NCBI GenBank assembly: GCA_044356455.1
Contig: JBIKWF010000045.1
Span: 1 to 30,762 of the forward strand
DNA: 30,762 nucleotides
Source of the DNA: Bdellovibrionota bacterium
GTDB taxonomy: Bacteria > Bdellovibrionota_C > UBA2361 > JBGSMV01
Direction: 5' to 3'
Shown: positions 7,920 through 17,374 of the stretch, in pieces
How positions within the stretch are numbered: position 1 is the first letter of the stretch
How the letters are laid out: each line of letters starts with the position of its first letter
Notes under the pieces: generated by a model
The model's input: the letters and a program-made list of their open reading frames with translations, nothing else
Database searches by the model: none
What the model was told of the DNA's origin: nothing
Translations under genes and position numbers: made by a program

Positions 7920-10772
7920 CTATGCGCGAGCTGCTTCAGATTCAAGACGCAAGCGTTCAAGGCCATTAAGCATCGCGCGGTAACGTCGCTGAGCCATATC
8001 AAGACTGCGCTCTTCAGGAGTTCCACGGTGGACAATCCCAGTTATCTTAACCTCTTCAAATGCTGACTGCTCCATACTTCTTGAAGCCCTCGTGCGACCG
8101 CGGAATTGATGTAGCGAACGTATGTCTGCTAGGGGGCCGTACATAAGCGCTTCATCAACGTTGGCAATATCAGTGCCTCTTGTCTTATTGGTAAGGATCG
8201 CCTTACGCACCCCGGCAGTCTCCCTCGCAAATCGAGCAAGATGCTCTCGCCTCAAGCGTGGCGAAAGCGCCATTTTGCCAAGTAGAAGCGAGGCTTCGAC
8301 CTCCGGGTACTTCTCTCCTTGAAGCACCTGCTGATGAAGCGCTTCGATTCTTGTAGCCTGAAATCTTGCGAGCGTGGGGCTTGCGACATAGGCAAAGCAA
8401 CGCGCGCCTCTAAGAAGATGCGTTCCAAATTTATTGTGCCAAAGAATTTTGTGGCCATCAATGGGCAGGCCATGCAAGGCTGCGTCCTTCGGGCTATCAA
8501 TGTACCTAGTTAGCGGCCGGACCGCAGTGTCAAAGAGCGCATCTTCAAGAAACCTCTGGCGAACAATCCTAGGGTCGAGGATGAAATCGCGGTTACCATC
8601 CCCATATTCCTGAGGATGATCCATCGAGGTCGCCTTCCAAGCACGGTGCTTAAACAAACTCGAATAGTACAGCGGGTCAGTCCTGGCAGGGGGATTTTGC
8701 TTGTCATAGGGAGCATCGAGACCCCATGCTACCGCGCGAATTGCCTCCCGCACTTTAGGATCGTCTCGGTAAATCCTCACTTTAAATTGGCGCACCTCTT
8801 CTTCCTCAAGATCAATTTTTCGATGACCGCCTTTGGTGCTCACGCCCGTCTTGTATTTCTGGAGCACCTGTTCAGTTCTTCTACGAATGTTTTCAGGCAA
8901 AAGCCCTGCAGCAGCGATATTGAGGCGACTCCCCTGCCACCCAACATACTTTCGATCCTGGTCGTACATAGGAAGACCAACCATGCGCTGATAAGCAATG
9001 CACCATGAATTAAGCTCCTGCTGCAAGACGCGTATCATAGAGAGGTCGGCTCCCGACTCTCCTCGCTCGACCTTCTCGGCACAAAGATAATCTACCTCTT
9101 CGTTGAGATTTCTAAGCTTGTGGGGAGAAGGGAGCGCTTGAATTCTTAAATAGAAGGGTGACGCATCCCTCAGCTCCTTTGCAATTCGCTTGCCATGGTC
9201 CCCTTCCTTCTCCAGTAGGGCCGCGAGTTCCTCCCGGCAAAATACAAAACAGCGCGAAGCAAATCGCAGGTGCTTTCTTGGAATCGGGGCCACGGTATCG
9301 CCATAGTGCCGCGCTGCCGCATCTATGAATGCCACCTTTGAGGTAGTGATAAGATGATAGAGCTGTCCAAGATGCTGGAGCTCTGCCGCTCGCGAAACAA
9401 GCATTCTCCAGTCTTTTGAGGCCTCGGAATAATGGGAAGTCTGACGAATAGCGCCTGAAGAAGCTTTGGAAATATACTCGAAAAGCTCCTTCATGGTCTT
9501 GCGTGACGGCGGCTCGGCGTGGGCAGCCCAATAGTCTCGAACCTCTATTGAATCCGGGCTAGGGTGAGTCTCTCTGCGAGATTGCGGCTCGCCCATCGGA
9601 ACGTTCTCTAGGGGATGGGCCTCAAGAAGCTGTGCAAACACGCGGTGTCCCACGCTCTGAGCACCACCAAACGAGGAAGGACAGTGCCGCTTTACGATGG
9701 TTCTCATTTCAAGCAGACAGTGCCGATAACTCTGCAGAATCATCGTGGCAGGATGAAGCATATCCTTTGGTAGATCGAGCCTAAAGGTGCGGTCGTAGAG
9801 ATTTCCCTTACGCCCACGCATTACTACGAGATCTCCAATCGTAATCCCAAGCTCAGCCAGTTTCTGCAGTGATTTCTTATATCCGGATGCGACAGTCGCA
9901 CTCATGAGCGTTCGCTTGACGCCGCGCTCGACAAGCTGCCTATTAAGTTTCGCATAATCAGACTTTCCTTCAATGAGATCTGCCTCATCAAGAATCGCCC
10001 TTCCCACGCGGGATAGATCAATGCGCGAAGATGAGGCTCCAATGTCCCGCGTGAGAGCCTCTGGGGTTGCAATGATGATGCGTACCGCGCCACTCAGCAT
10101 CGCACTTGCTTTTCGCTTCGAGAGAGTCTCTCCCGAACAAAGAAAGATATCCGATTCCCCAATATGTAAGGTTCGAAGAAGAACTTTCTTCCATTGCTCA
10201 AGAAGATGCTCTTCGGGTGTTACGACGAGAGCAACGCAGCCCATCTTGAGAATCCGTCCGACTTCCACAGCTCCCACTACTGTTTTCCCAGTGCCAGTAT
10301 CGGCAAGAAGAAACGAGCTTCGTGACAAGGTGCAAAGGTCCTCGGTGGGGCCCAGTTGATAGGCACGCTTTGCGTCAAAGGCCTCCGGGCGCATGAATCC
10401 GGTAAGACCTAGGCGTTCAAAAAGCTCGGGGAATGAGGTTGCAGCTGGCTTTCTTAACGAAACAAACAAATCCTTCGGAGCTGGTTCACCTTGAGACTTA
10501 TGATCTATGGGCGAACGAGAAACCAGAGCATCACCAGACTCTGGGACCACACGCTCTACCAGGCTCCCCTCGTCCGGTGGCTTTGGCGTAGGATCGAAGA
10601 GTGTTGGCCCCTCATCTACTCCCCTTCCGCGTGCCCTACTTCTTTTGCTACCAAATCGATCCACAAACTTCGCCGACACAATATGCCCACATGAGCTGCA
10701 CCCCCCGCTATGAGGAGGTCTGCTCAGGCTACTTCCGATTACGGGAAGGTTATGGGCCTTTTTCGCCCCCAA
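7920..10772 (-). CDS. SF2 helicase of the Hef/FANCM/Mph1 type with a large insertion
   Basis: RAYQ (Q), DTGTGKT (I), IIATPE (Ib), LDEAD (II), MSAT (III), RGTDIANVD (V), QFRGRTRA (VI); start uncertain. Confidence 0.8.
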   Translation of the reverse strand: MGAKKAHNLPVIGSSLSRPPHSGGCSSCGHIVSAKFVDRFGSKRSRARGRGVDEGPTLFDPTPKPPDEGSLVERVVPESGDALVSRSPIDHKSQGEPAPKDLFVSLRKPAATSFPELFERLGLTGFMRPEAFDAKRAYQLGPTEDLCTLSRSSFLLADTGTGKTVVGAVEVGRILKMGCVALVVTPEEHLLEQWKKVLLRTLHIGESDIFLCSGETLSKRKASAMLSGAVRIIIATPEALTRDIGASSSRIDLSRVGRAILDEADLIEGKSDYAKLNRQLVERGVKRTLMSATVASGYKKSLQKLAELGITIGDLVVMRGRKGNLYDRTFRLDLPKDMLHPATMILQSYRHCLLEMRTIVKRHCPSSFGGAQSVGHRVFAQLLEAHPLENVPMGEPQSRRETHPSPDSIEVRDYWAAHAEPPSRKTMKELFEYISKASSGAIRQTSHYSEASKDWRMLVSRAAELQHLGQLYHLITTSKVAFIDAAARHYGDTVAPIPRKHLRFASRCFVFCREELAALLEKEGDHGKRIAKELRDASPFYLRIQALPSPHKLRNLNEEVDYLCAEKVERGESGADLSMIRVLQQELNSWCIAYQRMVGLPMYDQDRKYVGWQGSRLNIAAAGLLPENIRRRTEQVLQKYKTGVSTKGGHRKIDLEEEEVRQFKVRIYRDDPKVREAIRAVAWGLDAPYDKQNPPARTDPLYYSSLFKHRAWKATSMDHPQEYGDGNRDFILDPRIVRQRFLEDALFDTAVRPLTRYIDSPKDAALHGLPIDGHKILWHNKFGTHLLRGARCFAYVASPTLARFQATRIEALHQQVLQGEKYPEVEASLLLGKMALSPRLRREHLARFARETAGVRKAILTNKTRGTDIANVDEALMYGPLADIRSLHQFRGRTRASRSMEQSAFEEVKITGIVHRGTPEERSLDMAQRRYRAMLNGLERLRLESEAARA

Positions 10773-10874
10773 GGTCCAATAAATATATGAACGCGTCCGG
10801 ATAGTTAGGAATATCTCGACCTGCTTTTCTGAAACTGCCGACTCAAGAGCGGCGAAGCGCGCCTATTTCGGGCA

Positions 10875-11225
10875 CTAGGAGAGGTCAGTGTACTTGCTGT
10901 GCTTACCCTTAGCTTTCTCGACGGGATATTTTTGGGCGTTACTATTCATTTTTCTCTGGAAAGCTTCTTCCAAGTTGATTCCAAAGTCATTGGCGATCAG
11001 AAGGGTCCAATACAACACATCAGCAAGCTCATCCCCTATTCCCTCCTTTCGCTCATGAAGCCTCGCGGTAATTTCCGCGTCACTTTTCCACTGCACATGT
11101 TCAGCTAGTTCAGCTGCTTCCATCATTAATGAAAGCACCATGTCTTTAGGCGTGTGAAACTGTTTCCAGTCACGCTCATCGCGAAAGGCGATAATTCGTT
11201 CCGTGAGACTCTTGAGCGTCGTCAT
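10875..11225 (-). CDS. MazG-like nucleotide pyrophosphohydrolase (dCTP pyrophosphatase type)
   Basis: FRDERDWKQFHTPKD, EAAELAE, DELADV, NAQKYPV; GGAG upstream of the ATG at 11225. Confidence 0.92.
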   Translation of the reverse strand: MTTLKSLTERIIAFRDERDWKQFHTPKDMVLSLMMEAAELAEHVQWKSDAEITARLHERKEGIGDELADVLYWTLLIANDFGINLEEAFQRKMNSNAQKYPVEKAKGKHSKYTDLS

Positions 11226-11508
11226 ACTGGCTCCTGGGCAATAAAAACGAAGAATAGCGCAACGCTGACCATGTGGCCGTGCGCAGTGCAAATAGAACGC
11301 AATTTGCGCATACTGAAAAGAGAATTATCCTAGATATTTGATGACATAGGCCACACTCTGATCTTGGGGGACGGAATTTAAAGGGCACAAGACCCGCGGG
11401 CTATTCATGCCTTAAGAGTTGTAGGCAATATTCCGACTATCTCCCCTACAGGGTTTTCCGTCCTCGCTTTGAATACGGAACTTAGGCAAAGGGTACCGCG
11501 GAGCAGCT

Positions 11509-11889
11509 ATGAGTACTTTTAAGAAAATTCTCGTTGTTGAAGATGACGTCATCACGCGCAAAATCATTACCCGCGGGGTTGAGGATCTTGGGTATGTCGC
11601 AATTCAAAGCTGCGACGGTCGCCAGGCCTGGGAGACTCTATGGGAGAACTCCGACATTTGCCTCATAATCACCGATATGATGATGCCCGATATGGACGGG
11701 CGAGAGCTGATTCAAATTGTTCGTGGGAATCAGCAGTTCTCAGGAATTCCAATCATTATCGTTTCAGGTGTGCTTACGCCAAAAGACGTGGAGAGCCTGC
11801 TTAAGCTCCCCCCCTGCCGCTTTCTCGGCAAGCCTGTCAACATGAAAGACCTCATGGAGACTATCGAATCGATGCTGGCTGAGAAATAG
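11509..11889 (+). CDS. Single-domain response regulator (CheY-like receiver)
   Basis: ILVVEDD, ITDMMMPDMDG (phospho-acceptor Asp), IVSG, LGKP; GGAG RBS. Confidence 0.93.
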   Translation: MSTFKKILVVEDDVITRKIITRGVEDLGYVAIQSCDGRQAWETLWENSDICLIITDMMMPDMDGRELIQIVRGNQQFSGIPIIIVSGVLTPKDVESLLKLPPCRFLGKPVNMKDLMETIESMLAEK

Positions 11890-14137
11890 AGACCTCCTGC
11901 ACCCCCTTTCCTACCCGTAGCGCACGGCGCTGAACTGAAGTCGGGTGGCTTGAAACAAGATCGTCATCGTACCAGTACCCTTCCGCCTGGCCATTTGCAT
12001 CACGATAAATCTCATAACGTTCAGGCGCACCAAGAGTCTCACCCATCGTGGATCGTGGGGCATTACGAGTAAGTACTGAACCTCCTCGAACAAACACGGG
12101 CAGATCAGACAATGAGACAGGCATGAGCTGCCAGCGGTCACCTGGAATCGAGAGCGCCGGATCTCCCAGCCGGTACCAAACTCCTTTCGGCAGATAGAAC
12201 GAGCGCACGATGGCGTCGCGTTCGATCACGGGAGCAATAAGAAACTTATCAAACACCAAGAACTCATCTCGAACGAGGTGGCCCTCGGAAGTAAACACGG
12301 GGAGAATCGGCGGGGTGGAGGTGGCTGTACTCCGCTCAAACCCACTGTACCACTCACGCGCAAGCGAATAGCGCTGGTAGATGGCGGCTTTGATAAGTGC
12401 ATTTGCATCATCGCCATAGGCATAAGGCTCTTTGTCTTTTGCAAAGTAGATGCTGTGTCCGCGGAAGAACGGAAGCCATGACCCAAGCTGAAAAAAACGA
12501 ACCGCAAGGTCATCTGGAGGATTTCCCGTAAATCCTGGAACGTCGGCACCTGAATAGTATGAGCCGCATAGTGCGTACTGAAGGGTAGTTTCAATTGCAA
12601 GTCGTAGATGCTCCCACCAGGCTTGATTATCACCCTGCCAATTTACGGCAGCTTTTTGCACTCCTGGGTACCCAGACCGGGAGATTATGAACGCGCGTCG
12701 CCCCGGCTGTGCCTTGGCGACCCCCTCTGCACTGGCCTTCGCCATCCAGTAGCCGTAGAGGTTGGACTCACGACGGAAATCCCCTCGTTCGGTTGACGTC
12801 TGGCTTGTCGTTGCATTCTGCCCATCAAAATTTGAGGGCTCATTCATATCATTCCAAATGCCGTCAAAGGGGAACGCGGTGAGCCAGGCGGCCTGAAGAT
12901 CACTCCAAATCTCGCGAGCTCGGGGGCTTCCGAAATCAGGCAGCACGACCTCCCCTGGCCAAACCTTGGCCACAAATGGTTTGGCATCTTGGGTCCGCAG
13001 CACTGAACCGGCCTTGGAAAACGCACGATAGACTGGATATTCGGGGTCCATCTTCACACCCGGATCTGCAATCGCCACGGCATGAAATCCTTGGGTATGA
13101 AGCTCATCGAGACAAGGACGCAAGTCTTTGAAATGTTCAGGATGCTGAGTAAACACCCGGTACCCATCCATGTAATCGATATCAAAATGAAGAGCGTCGC
13201 AAGGAATCTCCCGCTCACGAAACGCGGCTGCGACTTTTCGAATTTCCGCAGTGCTCATATAAGACCAACGACTTTGTTGATAGCCAAAGGCCCAGGCGGG
13301 GGGCAGCGCCTGACCACCAAACAGTAGGGAAAGTTTGCGGCTCACTTCTTCGAGCGAGGGGGCGGTGCAAAAATAGATTCTCTGATTGTTATCAATTGCT
13401 TCAAAAGTAACCCGGTCCGAGTAGAAATCGCCTACGTCAACAAAGGTGCGGCTTGGGTTATCAAAAAACACTCCCACCCAGCCCTCACCTCTATGATCCT
13501 TATGTATGAGCACGGGCCAGCTCTGGTACATCGGTTTACGCGCGGGCGTATGCACAAATTCGTCGGTATTGTAGAGCTCGAAGCGATAGCCGCTGCGGTT
13601 GAGCTCTCCTGTTTGACCCGGGAGCCCAAGGACCACCCCGGAGGGACGAGAATACGCGAACCTCACCATACGGCTCTCGAATTGAGAACCTTGTGGGATC
13701 TGAGGAGCGCGCGTGGAGAAGTCCGTCACCTTAAGTGACATGACCCCCTCCCAAAGCTTCACGGGGGTCTCATGATGCGAAAAAGGAGCCTCTCCCGAAC
13801 GGAATATGACTCGCCCTGCTTCGACCAACTCAAAGCCAGCACCGTTTCGATCGAGACGCAATAGCTGTCCCTCTGCTTCAAACGCGCAAATAGGCCCAGA
13901 ATCACGAGTCTCAAGTGCAGTCTTCGGAAGATGCGCCTGGTCTCCGGTGAAAGGCTGACGAAACGCGCCATTGCGCGTCAAATCCAGACGGGATTCAAAG
14001 CACCAACCGATCCCCTTAAGATGGCTAATTTGAAGAGTGGTACCTTCAGTATCGACAAGATCGATAGAACCGTCAGGCAATGCCGCAATTTCTTCAATCG
14101 AACGAAAGGAGGGACTTGGTTCTTGATAGGACGTCAT
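11861..14137 (-). CDS. Glycoside hydrolase family 31 (alpha-glucosidase)
   Basis: GYQQSRWSY, DIDYMDGYRVFT, WNDMNEPS (nucleophile), WQGDN (acid/base), GADVPGF. Confidence 0.95.
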   Translation of the reverse strand: MTSYQEPSPSFRSIEEIAALPDGSIDLVDTEGTTLQISHLKGIGWCFESRLDLTRNGAFRQPFTGDQAHLPKTALETRDSGPICAFEAEGQLLRLDRNGAGFELVEAGRVIFRSGEAPFSHHETPVKLWEGVMSLKVTDFSTRAPQIPQGSQFESRMVRFAYSRPSGVVLGLPGQTGELNRSGYRFELYNTDEFVHTPARKPMYQSWPVLIHKDHRGEGWVGVFFDNPSRTFVDVGDFYSDRVTFEAIDNNQRIYFCTAPSLEEVSRKLSLLFGGQALPPAWAFGYQQSRWSYMSTAEIRKVAAAFREREIPCDALHFDIDYMDGYRVFTQHPEHFKDLRPCLDELHTQGFHAVAIADPGVKMDPEYPVYRAFSKAGSVLRTQDAKPFVAKVWPGEVVLPDFGSPRAREIWSDLQAAWLTAFPFDGIWNDMNEPSNFDGQNATTSQTSTERGDFRRESNLYGYWMAKASAEGVAKAQPGRRAFIISRSGYPGVQKAAVNWQGDNQAWWEHLRLAIETTLQYALCGSYYSGADVPGFTGNPPDDLAVRFFQLGSWLPFFRGHSIYFAKDKEPYAYGDDANALIKAAIYQRYSLAREWYSGFERSTATSTPPILPVFTSEGHLVRDEFLVFDKFLIAPVIERDAIVRSFYLPKGVWYRLGDPALSIPGDRWQLMPVSLSDLPVFVRGGSVLTRNAPRSTMGETLGAPERYEIYRDANGQAEGYWYDDDLVSSHPTSVQRRALRVGKGVQEVSISQPASIR

Positions 14138-14324
14138 AGCTCTTCATTAAACAACGCCGAGCCAAGACGATCAAACAGAGAAATAAAAATAAGAGCTCGT
14201 TTCTAGCCCTTATATCTCACGGGATCCTTTTGGGGCCGTGACATTACCGCTCTAAAATTGGCCATCTCGTCTCCGCGCCCAAAGCGCTGCGCCGCAGCCT
14301 TTGGCGAAGGCGGGCCGGGCGTTC

Positions 14325-14443
14325 GCTAGGAGTCTGTCCCGTAGAAAAATTCTACCACTACATGATGTGGTGGCAACGGGACAGCCCCCCTACGGACTGT
14401 GTCCAAAATGAGGATTTGTGTTTCTACGGAACACATTCCTAGC
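14325..14443. mobile_element. Non-autonomous inverted-repeat element (REPIN/MITE-like), copy A
   Basis: 23-bp terminal inverted repeats matching at 20/23 positions; ungapped homology to the element starting at 30135. Confidence 0.75.
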
Positions 14444-14457
14444 CTGCCGTGCTGAAA

Positions 14458-15084
14458 CTATGCGGAACCTGGATAACGCTCTCCCTTGGGCTTCGGGACA
14501 AACTCGCGCAGTGAATCCATTTCCTGGGGGCGGGTTCGAAACGTGAAGACTACTTTATCTAAGTAGTTGCCCAGGTCGCCGTACATGTAGGCATGCAGAA
14601 CCTCAATATTCTGACCTTCTACCGCAAAATTGGGGATGAGCTCCAACGTTCCAATCTTAAGCATTCTGAGCACAAAATTAGGCGCGAACGTTCTGGTCTT
14701 TACGACATCATTCCAAAAGAGCGCGCGCTGGCTTTGCCACATGGGGATTGACCCCTCAAACCTCACAAAGCGACGGTCGGTGATATATGCCCTACTATGC
14801 TCAGAAGTCTGTCTGTACCAAAGCATTACAAGAGCACCAAGCAGCGCGATGCCAACCCAGCACTGCATGCGCAGTTCTTCGGTGAGCTGAATAAAGCCAC
14901 GTTCCGACAGATACCAAAGCCCAGTTGCTACTACAAAGCAGACAACCAGAACTTTGAGGTACCCGACCACCTCACGAGTCCAAGAGGGGCGAATGAGATA
15001 CAAAATTCGCTCTCCTTCCTGCTGCCCAGGGAATGAGTGGTACGCTTCGGGCTCTAAGCTTTTTAAAGGATTGGGAAACTTCAT
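14458..15084 (-). CDS. Membrane protein with two TM helices and a probable bacterial PH domain
   Basis: Two hydrophobic segments followed by AYITDRRFV...LKIGTLEL, a bPH-like pattern. Confidence 0.7.
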   Translation of the reverse strand: MKFPNPLKSLEPEAYHSFPGQQEGERILYLIRPSWTREVVGYLKVLVVCFVVATGLWYLSERGFIQLTEELRMQCWVGIALLGALVMLWYRQTSEHSRAYITDRRFVRFEGSIPMWQSQRALFWNDVVKTRTFAPNFVLRMLKIGTLELIPNFAVEGQNIEVLHAYMYGDLGNYLDKVVFTFRTRPQEMDSLREFVPKPKGERYPGSA

Positions 15085-15235
15085 GCCCCGATGATACGGA
15101 CAGCTCTCGTCCTAGTCAAAAGCGGCACTTTTTGAAGTAAAATGCCGTTCCCCTAGCCTCTTTCCGAAGTGTGGCAGGCACGGTGCCGCAATAGGCAGTG
15201 GGCTCTCTCAAACTCACCAAAGCTTTCAAAGGTTG

Positions 15236-17104
15236 CTATGCGGCCTCTGCAATATTTTGGGACGCAGCCTCGATCCGCGGCACTGGTACAGGCTTAAACT
15301 CCAGGGCATCGGCGTTTCTAGTCACCATAACAATATCGCCCTTTGATACCGAGCCGCGAAGCAACGCCTCTGACAGCGGATCAATCAGCATGCTTTGCAA
15401 GGCGCGCTTAAGCGGACGTGCGCCAAACTCAGGATGATATCCCCGCTCCATGATAAGTTCCTTCGCCTCGGGAGTTACGTCAAACTGAATTCCTTGCTGA
15501 GAGGTCAGCGTTCTAATCTTATTAACTTCGAGGTCTACAATTTTTCCCAGATTCTCTCTGCTTAATTCGCGAAACATTATTAAGCCATCAAGCCGGTTAA
15601 TGAACTCTGGCCGGAAGAACTGCTCAACTTCTGCGCGCATCGCCATCTCACGCTCCGCGTGCAAAGGCTCTCCTGCGCGCTTCGCTCCAAAACCAAAGCC
15701 GCTTGTTTGGCTAATATGCGCGCCGAGATTTGACGTCATGACAATCAGCGTATTGCGAAAGTCGACCTCGCGTCCCATGCCGTCCGTAAGTCGCCCTTCT
15801 TCAAGTACCTGCAGGAGCATATTGAAAACATCCGGGTGCGCTTTTTCCACCTCGTCAAGTAAAATCACAGAGTAGGGACGCCGGCGAACTCTCTCGGTGA
15901 GAATTCCACCATTTTCATGCCCGACATATCCAGGAGGCGCTCCGACCAGCAGGGCAGCAGAGTGTTTCTCCATGAACTCTGACATGTCCAAAGTAATCAA
16001 ATCCTCTTCACGGCCAAACATAAACTCGGCCAGCGCTTTTACCGTTTCAGTTTTCCCCACACCTGTAGGGCCGAGGAAAAGAAAGCTTCCTATAGGTCGG
16101 TTCGGATCCTTGAGACCGGCTCGCGCAACTTTTACCGCACGTGCAACAGCCTTAATCCCTTCATCCTGCCCAATGACGCGCTTCGCCAAATGCTGCTCCA
16201 TAAGCAGCACACGAGCCGCCTCTCCTTGAGAAAGACGAGCCACAGGAACCCCGCATATCTGAGAGGTAACTTGATACACCCGCTCGAGGGAAACCTCTTT
16301 CTCGCCAGCAATTTGTGCACGCGAACCCGCTTCATCAAGAATGTCGATGGCTTTATCTGGGAAATTTCGGTCCGTAATGTACTGACCTGCAAGTCGCACG
16401 GCTTCCTGAATTACTCCAGACGGATACTCGGCTCGGTGATGGACCGCTAACTTCCTACAAACTGCCCCGCAAATCTTTATTGTCTGTTCTGAAGTTGGTG
16501 GAGGGACTACCACCGGCTGAAAACGCCTTTCGAGCGCGGGGTCTTTCTCTATATATTTTCTATACTCGTCGGTTGTTGTCGCTCCCACACAGCGGATCTC
16601 GCCTCGTGCGAGCGCAGGCTTCAGGATATTTGAGAGATCCATGCTCCCGCCCCCTTCCCCCGCGCCCATGATGGTGTGAAGCTCATCGATAAAGAGAATA
16701 ATATTTTTCTCGCGCTGTAACTCGGCGAGCAGGCTTTTGACTCGCTCCTCAAACTCCCCGCGGTACTTGGTTCCCGCAACCATACCTGTCACATCAAGCG
16801 ACACTACTCGCGCATCGCTTAACTCAGGGGGCACGTCACCCTTGACAACCAACTGCGCGAGGCCCTCAGCAATGGCTGTTTTCCCTACCCCTGCCTCTCC
16901 CACGAGCACCGGGTTATTCTTCGACTTGCGTATCAGTGTTTGTAAACAGCGCTCCGTCTCCGAGTCTCTCCCTACTACTGGGTCGAGTTTCCCCTCGCGT
17001 GCTAGCTCAGTGAGGTCGCGACCAAAGGCATCAAGAGTTGGTGTGGTACTCTTGCGAGGAGCATTAGAACGAGGTGATAACTGTCCGCCTGGCTGAAGTC
17101 CCAT
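15236..17104 (-). CDS. Class I Clp/Hsp100 ATPase (ClpA/ClpC-like) lacking N and middle domains
   Basis: GEAGVGKT, KYRG, FIDELH, GPTGVGKT, GYVG, LDEVEKAH, GFGF loop, FGARPLKR; ATG at 17104 preferred. Confidence 0.92.
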   Translation of the reverse strand: MGLQPGGQLSPRSNAPRKSTTPTLDAFGRDLTELAREGKLDPVVGRDSETERCLQTLIRKSKNNPVLVGEAGVGKTAIAEGLAQLVVKGDVPPELSDARVVSLDVTGMVAGTKYRGEFEERVKSLLAELQREKNIILFIDELHTIMGAGEGGGSMDLSNILKPALARGEIRCVGATTTDEYRKYIEKDPALERRFQPVVVPPPTSEQTIKICGAVCRKLAVHHRAEYPSGVIQEAVRLAGQYITDRNFPDKAIDILDEAGSRAQIAGEKEVSLERVYQVTSQICGVPVARLSQGEAARVLLMEQHLAKRVIGQDEGIKAVARAVKVARAGLKDPNRPIGSFLFLGPTGVGKTETVKALAEFMFGREEDLITLDMSEFMEKHSAALLVGAPPGYVGHENGGILTERVRRRPYSVILLDEVEKAHPDVFNMLLQVLEEGRLTDGMGREVDFRNTLIVMTSNLGAHISQTSGFGFGAKRAGEPLHAEREMAMRAEVEQFFRPEFINRLDGLIMFRELSRENLGKIVDLEVNKIRTLTSQQGIQFDVTPEAKELIMERGYHPEFGARPLKRALQSMLIDPLSEALLRGSVSKGDIVMVTRNADALEFKPVPVPRIEAASQNIAEAA

Positions 17105-17374
17105 ACAATAACCCCAAAGTAAAAAGCACTCTTGAAGCCTCGGCTTCGCAAGTGGAAAAGCAGCGTAAGCGCTGCGCGATGTGTAAAGGGAAGAACCTGG
17201 GGCCTGGCAAATACGTGTAGTGCCTCGTGAACCCGTCCGGGAGAAACCTTTAGCCACCGCTACCGCGGAGACTGAGGGACGAGATCCTTATTGGCAGGCT
17301 CTTACGATGCGGGGGGTGGGCGCGTGGTGCGGTCTTACCGAATGGTTATTCGCGTGCTATGGGGCAAAGGAAGG

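Noticed and set aside
11300..11508. Riboswitch upstream of the receiver gene
   Set aside because: No recognisable aptamer consensus.
15236..17257. ClpB or ClpV assignment, and the GTG start at 17257
   Set aside because: No ClpB coiled coil, no T6SS genes, a ClpP-type loop is present, and the extension does not resemble a Clp N domain.
17220..17260. SRP RNA-like GTGAACCCG
   Set aside because: Lacks the TCAGG..GGAA..AGCAG core.
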